This document shows positions 29,018 to 40,042 of a DNA stretch of 64,000 nt, piece by piece; position 1 is the first letter of the stretch, and the number at the start of each line of letters is the position of its first letter. Source of the DNA: an uncultured delta proteobacterium (GTDB lineage: Bacteria; Myxococcota_A; Polyangia; Polyangiales; JAFGIB01). Both the position numbers and the translations under genes were made by a program. Under the pieces are notes generated by a model that saw nothing but the letters and a program-made list of their open reading frames with translations, searched no databases and was not told the origin of the DNA. The stretch covers positions 960,001 through 1,024,000 of the forward strand of contig CAVZVA010000009.1 of assembly GCA_963778655.1 (NCBI GenBank), read 5' to 3'.

Positions 29018-30421
29018 TCAGCCGGTGCTGGTGGCGCTGCCTTCCTGGCTTAGCGCGGAAGCCAGGCCTTCGAACAGCTGCTCGAGCTCGAACGGCTTGC
29101 GCAGCAGCACGTCGGGCTGGCCGCCCGCGACCAGTGGGTTCGGCAGCTCCGTGCCGGTCATCAGCATACCGATCTCGACCGTGCCCGCCTCGCGCAACCT
29201 CGCCAGCAGGGCGTCGCCGCGTGACCCGGGCAGCAGCAGGTCCACGATGGCGACCGCGAAGGGCCCGCGTTGCGCGAGCGCCCGCTCCGCGTCGTCGACC
29301 GCGACCACCTCCGCGCCGCGCATGCCGAGCGCGGTCGCGATCATCTCGCGCAGTCCCAGATCGTCGTCGACCACCAGGATGCGGCGGTGGATCGGCTCGG
29401 CGTAGAACACGCCACTGCTGCGCTTGGCGCTGGCCTTTTGCGGCAGGGCTGAGCCCCGCAGCGGCAGCGTGACCGAGAAGCGTGTGCCGCGCCCCGGCTC
29501 GCTCTGGAAGTCGATGCTGCCGCCGACGTCGTCCACGGCTTGCTTCACCAGCGGCAGCCCGAGCCCGGTGCCGGTGGTTTTGGTGGTGAAGTACGGCTCG
29601 AACAGGCGGCGCTGCTGTTCTGCGCTCATACCCGGTCCGTTGTCCTCGATCACCAGCAGCGCGTGCTCGCCGCTGGCGCTCAGGCGCAGCTCGACCGTGC
29701 CACCTGGCGCGAGCGCCTCGACTGCGTTGGCGGCCAGGTTCCAGACGATCGACCAGGCGCTGCCGCGATCGCCCGGCACGCGCAGGCCGGGCTCGATCGC
29801 GGTGCGCACCTGCACGTTCTTGGCCAGTGCCTTGGGCGCGAGCAGGCGCGCCGCCTCATCGACGAAGGCCGACAGGTCGACCGAGCGCGCGGCTTCCTCA
29901 GCGCGTGGGCGGCGGCCGTCGAGCACGCGCTGCGCGGCCGACCACGCGCTCTCCGCGCTCATCTCGATCAAGTCGAGCGCCTCTTGCACGCGGCGCCCCT
30001 GCTTGGCCAGGCGCGCCCAACCCGCGATCGCGCCCAGCGCGTTCGCCAGCTCGTGCGAGACGCCGGCGCGGATGTCCGCAGGCGCGCCGCTGCCGCCGTG
30101 GTCTGCCGGCAGCGGCGGCGGCACCAGCACCACCAAGACCCGGCCGCCCGATTGGATGTGCATCAGCAGAATGCGCTGGCCCGCGTGTCCGCTGAGCTCG
30201 CAGCGCGCGCCTGCGCGGGCCTTGGCGATCGCGTCGTCGAGCTTGCGCGCGTCCGTGCCGTCGCCCAGCGCGTGCCGCAGCGCCATCCCTAAATTGGGAT
30301 AGTTGTCGCGACCGAGAAGCGCGCGGGCGGCCGCGCTGACAGCGACCCGCCCTCGCGAGTCTTCTTTGAGGGTCGGCAGTCCCAAGCGTTCGGCTGCCCA
30401 GTCGATGGAGTCCTTCTTCAC
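29018..30421 (-). CDS. Hybrid sensor histidine kinase / receiver protein
   Basis: SHELANAL H-box, NLAANA, DNGPG, FTTKTTGTGLGL; receiver ILVVDDD..D..KPF. Confidence 0.92.
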   Translation of the reverse strand: MKKDSIDWAAERLGLPTLKEDSRGRVAVSAAARALLGRDNYPNLGMALRHALGDGTDARKLDDAIAKARAGARCELSGHAGQRILLMHIQSGGRVLVVLVPPPLPADHGGSGAPADIRAGVSHELANALGAIAGWARLAKQGRRVQEALDLIEMSAESAWSAAQRVLDGRRPRAEEAARSVDLSAFVDEAARLLAPKALAKNVQVRTAIEPGLRVPGDRGSAWSIVWNLAANAVEALAPGGTVELRLSASGEHALLVIEDNGPGMSAEQQRRLFEPYFTTKTTGTGLGLPLVKQAVDDVGGSIDFQSEPGRGTRFSVTLPLRGSALPQKASAKRSSGVFYAEPIHRRILVVDDDLGLREMIATALGMRGAEVVAVDDAERALAQRGPFAVAIVDLLLPGSRGDALLARLREAGTVEIGMLMTGTELPNPLVAGGQPDVLLRKPFELEQLFEGLASALSQEGSATSTG

Positions 30422-30780
30422 AGCAAAAATCCGTCTCTACTAAATGCTACCGAACCTTACCCCCGGCGTCAAACGGGGTCGCTCTCCGCGCTGTCGCCCC
30501 CACATCTGCCCGCCTCGGCGCAGGCGCCGCCACCTCATCTGTCCCCCCAGCAGGCTGGCTCTCACAGCCACGCGTATTGCCCAAGTCCCAGCGCTCTCGC
30601 AAGCCCTCAACACTTCGAATTCGTTGCAGCCGAGCGTGGAATTCTTCAGCCAACGTAGGTTCCGGCTCGGCCGCCCTGCGCTCGGGTCGGCTGAGGTGCG
30701 CAAGTCACTCCGCGCGCCCGCGAGCCGGCACCGTTTCGCGGCGTGACCGTGGGGCGTTTGCAGGCTAAGTTGCGCGCCCG

Positions 30781-31080
30781 ATGCCGAGGCTCACACGCGA
30801 TCAAGTGCAGCACGTGGCGCGGCTGGCCGCGCTCGAGCTGAGCCCGGCCGAAGCCGAGCGCATGGCCGAGGAGCTGGGCTCGATCCTCGATTACATCGCC
30901 ATGCTCGAGGCGGTCGACGTGCGCGGGGTCGAGGCCGTGTTCCATCCCTCGCAGCAAGCCGCGCCGCTGCGCGACGACCTGGTGCAGCCCTCGCCGCCGC
31001 GCGAGATACTGCTGGCGGCCGCGCCCGAGACCGAACAGGGGGCGTTTGCCGTGCCCAAAGTGCTGGACGGTGATGCGTGA
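30781..31080 (+). CDS. gatC: Asp/Glu-tRNA amidotransferase subunit C
   Basis: [22 protein letters not shown]; upstream of gatA. Confidence 0.93.
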   Translation: MPRLTRDQVQHVARLAALELSPAEAERMAEELGSILDYIAMLEAVDVRGVEAVFHPSQQAAPLRDDLVQPSPPREILLAAAPETEQGAFAVPKVLDGDA

Positions 31081-32556
31081 GCCCGCCTGCGCCGCACGCG
31101 ATGTCCCTGCACGCGCTGGCTGGCGCCGTGCGCGAGGGCTCGCTGTCCGCGCTCGAGCTCACGCGCGCCCACCTGGCGCGCATCGAGCGTTACAACGCAG
31201 CGCTCGGGGCCTTCCTGCACGTCGATGCGGAGGGTGCGCTGGCGCAGGCGGAGATGGTGGACCACGCGCGCAGCCGCGGCGAGCCCCTCGGCAGCCTGGC
31301 GGGCGTGCCGCTCGCGCTCAAGGACAACCTGTGCACGCGTGGGCTGCCCACCACCTGCGCCTCGCGCATCCTGGAAGGCTACCGTCCGCCCTATGACGCG
31401 CACGTGGTCGAGCGCTTGCACGCAGCCGGCGCTGTGCTGCTCGGCAAGCTCAACATGGACGAGTTCGCGATGGGCTCGTCCAACGAGAATTCGGCCTTCG
31501 GCGTGCGTGCGCAACCCGTGGGATCTCGACGCGCGCGCCCGGCGGCTCGTCGGGCGGCGCCGCCTGCGGCCACCGCGGCGCGCCTGTGCGCGGGCGCGCT
31601 CGGCAGCGACACCGGTGGCTCGGTGCGCCAGCCGGCGAGCTTCTGCGGCGTCACCGGCGATCAAGCCGACCTACGGGCGCGTCTCGCGCTACGGGCTGGT
31701 TGCGTTTGCTTCCTCGCTCGACCAGGTCGGACCGATCGCTCGCGACGCATGCGACGCCGCGCAGCTGTTGTCGGTGATCGCGGGCCACGACCCGCGCGAC
31801 GCCACCAGCGTGGCGCGGCCCGTGGACGACTACGCGGCCGAGTGCGGCAAGGACGTGAGCGGGCTGCGCATCGGGGTGCTGCGTTCGATGCTCGAGGGTT
31901 GCGACGAAGCGGTGGTGCAGGCGGTGGAGGCGGCGCTGTCGCGCCTGCAGGGCCTGGGTTGCGAGCTGCTCGATGCCGAGCTGCCCTACGCGCAGCACGC
32001 GATCGCCGTCTACTACATCGTCGCCACGGCCGAGGCCTCGAGCAACCTCGCGCGCTTCGACGGGATGCGCTACGGCCTGCGCGTGCGCGGTGAGGACCTG
32101 CACGACACCTACCGCAAGACGCGCCAGGCCGGCTTCGGGGTGGAGGTCAAGCGCCGCATCATGCTGGGCACCTACGCGCTGTCGGCCGGCTACTACGACG
32201 CGTACTACCTCAAGGCGCAGAAGGTGCGCGCGTTGATGGTGCGCGACTTCGCGCAGGCGTTCGAGCGCTGCGACGTGTTGCTGATGCCCACCTCGCCTAC
32301 GCCCGCGTTCCGGCTGGGCGAGGTCAAGGACCCGCTGTCGATGTACAAGCAGGACATCTTCACCTTGCCCGCGAGCCTGGCCGGCGTGCCTGCGATCAGC
32401 ATGCCGTGTGGGCTGGCCGAGGGCAAGCTGCCGCTCGGGCTGCAGCTGTGCGCGCCGGCCTTCGAGGAGGGCCGGCTGGTGCGGCTGGCGCACGCGCTCG
32501 AGCAGGCCGCCGGCCCGCTGCCCGCGCCGCCCGACCCCGAAGGTCTGCCGGCATGA
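31077..32556 (+). CDS. gatA: Asp/Glu-tRNA amidotransferase subunit A (four apparent +1 frameshifts at ~31505-31660)
   Basis: [59 protein letters not shown] spread over shifted frames. Confidence 0.92.
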
Positions 32557-34021
32557 GCTACGAAATCGTGATCGGTCTGGAGGTGCACGCGCAGCTGCTG
32601 ACGCGAGTCCAAGCTGTTCTGCGGCTGCGCCACGCGCTTCGGCGCCGCACCCAACAGCCACACCTGTCCGGTGTGCCTGGCGCTGCCGGGCTCGCTGCCG
32701 GTGCCCAACCGGAGGGCGATCGAGCTGGCGATGCGTGCGGGTCTGGCGCTCGGCTGCGAGGTGCGCGCGCGTAGCGTGTTCGCGCGCAAGAACTATTTCT
32801 ATCCGGACCTGCCCAAGGGCTACCAGATCTCCCAGTTCGAGCTGCCGATCTGCGAGCACGGGCGGCTCGAGGTCGAGGTCGAGGGCGTGCGGCGCGTGGT
32901 CGGCATCCGCCGCGTGCACATGGAAGAGGACGCGGCCAAGAACCTGCACGGCACGGGCGCGGGCGGCCGCACGCTGGTCGACTTCAATCGCGGTGGCACG
33001 CCGCTGATCGAGATCGTGAGTCGAGCCCGATCTGCGCAGCGCGGCCGAGGCCGAGGAGTACCTCAAGCGCCTGCGCGAGATCCTGATGTTCATCGGCGTC
33101 AACGACGGCAACCTGGAGGAGGGCTCGTTTCGCTGCGACGCCAACGTCTCGATCCGGCCGGCGGGCGCGCGCGAGCTCGGCACCCGGACCGAGCTCAAGA
33201 ACATCAACTCGTTCCGCTTCGTGCGCGAGGCGATCGACCTACGAAGTCGCGCGCCAGCAGGCGGTGCTCGCGGCAGGCGGCAAGGTCGAGCAGCAGACGC
33301 GGCTGTGGAGCGAGTCGCAAGCCAAGACCATGCCCATGCGCAGCAAGGAAGAGGCGATGGACTATCGCTACTTCCCCGATCCGGACCTTCCGCCGATCGT
33401 GTTGCAGCCGGCGGAGATCGAGCGCGTGCGCGGCGCGCTGCCCGAGCTGCCCGCGAGCAAGCGCGAGCGCTTCCAGCGCGAGCTGGGGTTGACCACGTCC
33501 GACGCGCTGGTGCTCACCGCCCATCCGGCGCTGGCGCAGCTGTTCGAGCGTACGACCGAGCGCCTGCTGCAGGCCGGCAAGGGTGCGCCCGAGCCGGCGC
33601 GGGCCGGCAAGCGCGCGGCGAATTTCATCCAGGCCGAGCTGCTCGGCAAGGTGCGGCTGCAGGGGCTCTCGGCGGACACGCGGGTGACGCCGGAAGCGCT
33701 GGGCGAGCTGCTGTGGCTGCTGGAGAGCGGCGAGATCAGCGGCAAGATGGCCAAGGAGGCGTTGCCCGCCATGCTCGACAACGCGCGCGGCGCGCGCGAG
33801 GTGCTGGCCGACAAGGGCCTGTCGCAGCTCAGCGACGCTTCGGAGATCGAGCGGCTGGCGCGCGAAATCGTCGGCCGGCATCCCGATAACGTCGCGGCGT
33901 ATCGCGCGGGCAAGCAGAACGTGCTCGGCTGGTTCGTCGGCCAGGTGATGAAGGCCAGCTCGGGCCGCGCCAATCCCAAGCTGGTCAACGAGACGTTGCG
34001 CAAGCTGCTGGAGCAGGCCTG

Positions 34022-34022
<1 letters not shown>
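32553..34022 (+). CDS. gatB: Asp/Glu-tRNA amidotransferase subunit B (three apparent +1 frameshifts at ~32605, ~33021, ~33239)
   Basis: [62 protein letters not shown]. Confidence 0.92.
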
Positions 34023-35101
<1,079 letters not shown>

Positions 35102-35129
35102 CCGACCCGGGCCCTGCAGACAACAGGAA

Positions 35130-35196
35130 ACAGGAAGACGGGAAGGCGGGAAGAAGAGACTATGTGTGTGCTTCCCGTCTTCGCATCTCCCTGTGA
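35130..35196. repeat. REP-like palindrome, GAAG(A/G)CGG family, copy B
   Basis: ACAGGAAGACGGGAAGGCGGGAAG / CTTCCCGTCTTCGCATCTCCCTGTG. Confidence 0.65.
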
Positions 35197-35215
35197 GACT
35201 TCTTAGATCCCGACG

Positions 35216-35848
35216 ATGGCCGACACGCTCGCAGATTGTCGCCGCTTGCTGCCGTCGCTGTTCGCGTCCGCGCTGCAGCGGCTGGAGCAGCGGGCGAGCG
35301 CGGGCGACGCCGGGGTACGCTCGCGGCTGGACGCGATCGGCGCGCAGCCGGTGGAGTCGCTGCTGCAGCTGCAAGGGGAGGGCGGCGGCGAGCTGCACCT
35401 GCGCGCGGGCCGGGATGGGCTGCGCGTGGTCGAGAGCGCGGTTCCCGCGGGCTTCGGCTACGCGCTCGGCTTGCCTACCGCGGCCGCACGCGACGCGCTC
35501 GCGCTGATCGAGGACGCGCGCGCGGCCGAGATCGAGGCGGCCGGGCGCGGGCTGGCGGCGCTGGCTTCGGCGACGGCGCGCGAGCTGTTCGGGGCGACGC
35601 CGTTCGAGCTCGCGCTGACCATCGCCCACGTGCCGGAGCTCGGCACGCTGCGGCTGCTGCTCGGCCTGGGTCGCGCGGCGTTGCCCGCGCGGCCCGAGTT
35701 CGAGCTGCTCGTGGACTACGACGATCTCGAGGACGCGTACGAGCAGGGCACCGCGCCGCACCAGCTGTTCTTGGCCGGCAAGATGCGGATCGAGGGCGAC
35801 GTGGCCAAGGCGATGGTGCTGGGCATGGTGCTGGCGCAGCTCGAGTGA
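35216..35848 (+). CDS. SCP2 sterol-binding domain protein
   Basis: C-terminal P.QLFLAGKMRIEGDVAKAM motif. Confidence 0.75.
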   Translation: MADTLADCRRLLPSLFASALQRLEQRASAGDAGVRSRLDAIGAQPVESLLQLQGEGGGELHLRAGRDGLRVVESAVPAGFGYALGLPTAAARDALALIEDARAAEIEAAGRGLAALASATARELFGATPFELALTIAHVPELGTLRLLLGLGRAALPARPEFELLVDYDDLEDAYEQGTAPHQLFLAGKMRIEGDVAKAMVLGMVLAQLE

Positions 35849-35870
35849 GACGGCCCCCTACGGCTCGAGC

Positions 35871-37205
35871 TCAGGACTCGAGCTCGTCCTGCCACAGCGC
35901 CTCGATCGGCTGGCGCCGCCGCGAGAGCCGCACGCGGCCGTCCTCGACCAGCAGCTCGGGCGCCAGCGGCCGCGCGTTGTAGTTGCTGGCCATTACCGCC
36001 GCGTAGGCGCCAGCGCCCCGCACCGCCAGCAGGTCGCCGCGCTGCAGCGGCGGCAGCATGCGGTCCCGCGCCAGGAAGTCGCTGGACTCGCACACCGGGC
36101 CGACTACGTCCGCAGGCGCGCGCGGCGCCTCCGCGCCGGGCTCCACCACCGGCACGATCGCGTGGTAGGCGCCGTAGAGCGCGGGCCGGATCAGCTCGGT
36201 CATCGCCGCGTCGACGATCACGAAGCGCTTGCCGGCCTGCTGCTTGACGTAGAGCACGCGCGTCAGCAGCACGCCCGCGTCGCCGACCAGCGCGCGGCCG
36301 GGCTCGACCAGCAGCGAGAGCCCGAGCTCACCGGCGCCGCCGCGCCGCGCCGCGTCGATGATCGCGTGGCCGAAGCGCGCGTGCGACGCGGCCTCGGCGT
36401 CTTCGTCGCCGTACATGATCGGCCAGCCGCCGCCGGCGTCGAGCAAGCGCAACTCCGCGCCGGCGGTGACGCACTCGCGGCCGAAGCGGGCCACGATCTG
36501 CACCGCCTCCGCGATCGGCTCGGGCGACTGCACCATCGAGCCGATGTGGCAGGCCAGGCATTCCAGCTTCAGGTGCGGGCTAGAGAGCAGGCGCGGCAGC
36601 AGGCGGCGAGCGCTGTCGAGGTCGAGCCCGAACTTGCTGCTGTGCAGGCCGGTCGCGATGTAGGGATGGGTGCCGGCGTCGACGTCGGGGTTGACGCGCA
36701 GGCCGACGCGCGCGCGTGTGCCGAGCACGGCGGCCTGGGCCTCGATTGCGTCGAGCTCCTGCTCGCTCTCGGCGTGGATCGAGCGCACGCCCAGCTCCAG
36801 CGCGGCGCGCAGCTCGGTGTCGGTCTTGCCCACTCCGCTGAACACGATGCGCTCGGGCGGAAAGCCCGCCTTGCGCACGCGCAGCAGCTCGCCGCCCGAG
36901 ACGATGTCCGCGCCCGCGCCCGCCCGCGCCAGCCGCGACAGGATGCCGAGGTTGGCGTTGGCCTTGACCGCGTACGCCACCAGGTGCGGCATGTCCGCCA
37001 GCGCGGCGTCGATGCCGGCATAGGCGGCGTCGATCGAGGCCGCGCTGTACACGTAGCTCGGCGTGCCGAACTGCCGCGCGATCGCGTCGAGCGGCTGATC
37101 GTCGGCGCACAGCAGCCCGTCGCGGTAGCGGAAGTGGGGCGATGGCGGAATGCCGCCTGCTGCAGGTCGCTCGGGGTGCTCGCTCGCGCGTGTGGTGTCC
37201 GCCAT
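35871..37205 (-). CDS. lysA: Diaminopimelate decarboxylase
   Basis: FGTPSYVY, YAVKAN (PLP Lys), HIGS, EPGRA, GPVCES.D, GAY..MASNYN. Confidence 0.95.
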   Translation of the reverse strand: MADTTRASEHPERPAAGGIPPSPHFRYRDGLLCADDQPLDAIARQFGTPSYVYSAASIDAAYAGIDAALADMPHLVAYAVKANANLGILSRLARAGAGADIVSGGELLRVRKAGFPPERIVFSGVGKTDTELRAALELGVRSIHAESEQELDAIEAQAAVLGTRARVGLRVNPDVDAGTHPYIATGLHSSKFGLDLDSARRLLPRLLSSPHLKLECLACHIGSMVQSPEPIAEAVQIVARFGRECVTAGAELRLLDAGGGWPIMYGDEDAEAASHARFGHAIIDAARRGGAGELGLSLLVEPGRALVGDAGVLLTRVLYVKQQAGKRFVIVDAAMTELIRPALYGAYHAIVPVVEPGAEAPRAPADVVGPVCESSDFLARDRMLPPLQRGDLLAVRGAGAYAAVMASNYNARPLAPELLVEDGRVRLSRRRQPIEALWQDELES

Positions 37206-37210
37206 CGTCT

Positions 37211-38638
37211 TCACTCCGTTGCGCCGAGCGCGCGCGCCACCTCGGTGGCGTCCAGGCCGCGCCGCAGCAAGCGCGCGCGCAGCGAGTCGATCTCGGCCTG
37301 CACCATGGCGCGGGCCGGCCCGCCCGGCAGCGCGCGGCGCTCGACCGCGGTCTCCGGATCGAGCGCCGCATACACGTCCTGCTCGAAGGCCGGCGCCTCG
37401 CACCGCAGCTCGTCCAGGGTCAGCTCGGGCAGCGTCTTGCCGTGCGCGATCGCGTAGCTGACCAGGCGCCCGGCCGCGTGGTGGGCGTCGCGGAACGGCA
37501 CGCCCTTCGCGCTCAGGTAGTCGGCCAGCTCGGTCGCGTCCACGAAACCCTCGCGCAGCGCCGCCCGCATGCGCGCGCCGTCGAAGCGCGCGCTGGCCAG
37601 CGCGCCGCCGAGCACGCGCAGGCAGGCGTCGACGGTGTCGAAGGCGTCGAACACCGGCGGCTTGTCCTCTTGCAGATCGCGGTTGTAGGCCAGCGGCAGG
37701 CCCTTGAGCACGACCAGCAGCGTGACTAGGTCGCCTACCACCCGCCCGCTCTTGCCGCGCACCAGCTCGGCCATGTCGGGATTCTTCTTCTGCGGCATCA
37801 TCGAGGAGCCGGTGGTGAAGGCGTCGCTCATCTGCACGAAGCCGAACTCCTGGCTGCTCCACAGCACCAGCTCCTCGCCGATGCGCGAGAGGTGGATCGC
37901 GCAGTTGGCGAGCGCCGCCACGGTCTCGACCAGGAAGTCGCGATCGGCTACGGCGTCGAGCGAGTTGCGCGCGATCTCGTCGAAGCCGAGCTCACGCGCG
38001 GTCGCGTCGCGGTCGAGCGCGAAGGTGGTGGAGGCGAGCGCGCCGGAGCCCAGCGGCGAGCGGTTCATGCGCCGCGCGGCGTCGAGCAGCCGCTCGCGGT
38101 CGCGCTCCAGCATCTCAGCCCAGGCCAGCAGGTGGTGCGAGAGGCGCACGGGCTGCGCGCGCTGCAGGTGGGTGTAGCCCGGCATCAGCAGCTCGAGCGC
38201 GCCGCCGGCGCGCGCGCAAAGCACGCATAGCAGCTCGTCGATACGCTGCACGCTGCCGCCGCAGGCCTCGCGCGTCCACAGCCGCATGTCGGTCGCCACC
38301 TGGTCGTTACGGCTGCGGCCGGTGTGCAGCCGTCCGCCCGCCTCGCCGATGCGCGCGGTGAGCGCGGCCTCGACGTTCATATGCACGTCTTCCTTGCTCG
38401 CGTCCCACTGGAAGCGCCCGGCCTCGATCTCTTGGGCAATCTGCTGCAGTCCGGCGATGATGCGCGCCGCGTCCTCTGCGCTCAGGATGCCGCGCGCGCC
38501 CAGCATGCGTGCGTGCGCGATCGAGCCGCGGATGTCCTGCGGCGCCAGGCGCTTGTCCACGTCGACGCTGGCGCTGAGCCCGAGCGCGGCCGCATCCAGC
38601 TCCTGCTCGAATCTGCCCCCCCAGCTCTTGTCGCTCAT
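37211..38638 (-). CDS. argH: Argininosuccinate lyase
   Basis: WGGRF, HTGRSRNDQ, PGYTHLQRAQP, GSSMMPQKKNPD, YNRDLQEDK. Confidence 0.97.
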   Translation of the reverse strand: MSDKSWGGRFEQELDAAALGLSASVDVDKRLAPQDIRGSIAHARMLGARGILSAEDAARIIAGLQQIAQEIEAGRFQWDASKEDVHMNVEAALTARIGEAGGRLHTGRSRNDQVATDMRLWTREACGGSVQRIDELLCVLCARAGGALELLMPGYTHLQRAQPVRLSHHLLAWAEMLERDRERLLDAARRMNRSPLGSGALASTTFALDRDATARELGFDEIARNSLDAVADRDFLVETVAALANCAIHLSRIGEELVLWSSQEFGFVQMSDAFTTGSSMMPQKKNPDMAELVRGKSGRVVGDLVTLLVVLKGLPLAYNRDLQEDKPPVFDAFDTVDACLRVLGGALASARFDGARMRAALREGFVDATELADYLSAKGVPFRDAHHAAGRLVSYAIAHGKTLPELTLDELRCEAPAFEQDVYAALDPETAVERRALPGGPARAMVQAEIDSLRARLLRRGLDATEVARALGATE

Positions 38639-38948
38639 CGTGCTCGGCTCCCATTCGCGGGGGTGCGGGCCGCGGCGAGCCCTCGCGGGCCTGTGCGGGC
38701 GGCACCCGGCCGGCTAGCCTTAGCGCAATTTGGCCCCACAGTCGCGTGTCGGCCGACCTGGGTCTGCTCTCCACGCCGGCTCCCGCTGGCGCCGGCCCCC
38801 GCCGCCCGATCTTCGGCTCCGAGCGGCCGGCCGGCATGGCCAAAGCTTGGAGCGAAAGAAATCCCTCTTGTCCGTCGGGCGGCCGGTGCTCGACAAACGC
38901 GGGGCCACCATCGCGTACCTCGGCGCCACCGCGCCCGGGAGCAACGCC

Positions 38949-40022
38949 ATGTCGACCACACCCACGACCACCGCCGTCCGCCCCAGCGCGCTCGCCAGGC
39001 CGCTCTCCTCCGGGATCAGGCCGTGGCTGATCTGGCTGGTGTTGTTCTACGCCACGTGGCTGGTGCTGGTCGTGGCGGGCGAACGCGCCCAGGTGCTTCC
39101 GCAGCACTGGGGCATTGCGCTGGCGATGGCGTTCGGATCGTACGCGGCAGGGGCGACCCCGATGGGCGGAGGTACGGTCGGCTTTCCAATCCTGGTGCTG
39201 TTGTTCCACGAGCCCGCGGTGCTGGGCCGCGATTTCAGCTTCGCCGTGCAGAGCATCGGCATGACCAGCGCCTCGATCCTGATCCTCTGCCGGCGTCAAC
39301 CGCTCGAGTGGCCGATGCTGCGCTGGGCGCTGCTCGGCTCGCTGGTCGGCACGCCCTTCGGCATCATCTGCATCGCGCCTCACGTGCCGGAGCTGATGAT
39401 CAAGCTGCTCTTTGCTGTGATCTGGGCCAGCTTCGGCGTGCTCCACCTCTATCGAGTCAAAGAGCTGGTGCGCCACGAGGGTCTGGCCGACGGCGCTCAT
39501 CGCTTCGATCGCAACGCCGGGCTTCTGATCGGCCTGCTCGCCGGCGCCACGGTCGCGTCGATCACGGGGGTTGGTGTCGACATGGTGATCTACGCGGTGC
39601 TGGTTCTATTGTGTCAGGCCGACCTCAAGATCGCGATCCCAACCTCGGTCGTGATCATGGCCGCGACCTCGGTGATTGGAATCCTCACCAAGAATCTGGT
39701 GACCGGCGTGCAACCGGGCGTGTTCGACAACTGGCTGGCTGCTGCTCCGATCGTCGCGCTGGGTGCGCCGCTGGGCGCCGTCGTCGTGGACAAGATCGGA
39801 CGCACGTCCACGCTGCTGTTCGTGTCGGTCCTGTGCATCGGCCAGTTCGTCTGGACGCTCTCGAACGAGTGGACAGCGCTCGGGTACGAGGGGCTCGTGT
39901 GCGCCGTGGCTGCCGTGCTCGGCTCCAACCTGGTGTTCGAGTGGCTCTATCGGCTGGGCGCCCGCCTGGACCGCCGGCGCAGCCTGCGGCCGGCGCCCCT
40001 CTCCGTGCTCGAGGGCGCGTAG
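38949..40022 (+). CDS. Sulfite exporter TauE/SafE family membrane protein
   Basis: Multi-TM protein; GATPMGGG..FP, QSIGMTSA, TGVGVD, PIVALGAPLG. Confidence 0.85.
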   Translation: MSTTPTTTAVRPSALARPLSSGIRPWLIWLVLFYATWLVLVVAGERAQVLPQHWGIALAMAFGSYAAGATPMGGGTVGFPILVLLFHEPAVLGRDFSFAVQSIGMTSASILILCRRQPLEWPMLRWALLGSLVGTPFGIICIAPHVPELMIKLLFAVIWASFGVLHLYRVKELVRHEGLADGAHRFDRNAGLLIGLLAGATVASITGVGVDMVIYAVLVLLCQADLKIAIPTSVVIMAATSVIGILTKNLVTGVQPGVFDNWLAAAPIVALGAPLGAVVVDKIGRTSTLLFVSVLCIGQFVWTLSNEWTALGYEGLVCAVAAVLGSNLVFEWLYRLGARLDRRRSLRPAPLSVLEGA

Positions 40023-40042
40023 GTCTCGAGGAGGATCCACAC

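Noticed and set aside
30422..30780. Possible ncRNA or riboswitch upstream of gatC
   Set aside because: No recognisable T-box, SAM or other conserved motif; treated as an ordinary divergent promoter region.
38324..40042. Apparent 1097-aa fusion ORF extending the adenylation enzyme upstream
   Set aside because: The extension is an off-frame shadow of argH and tauE; a strong RBS supports the ATG at 40043.
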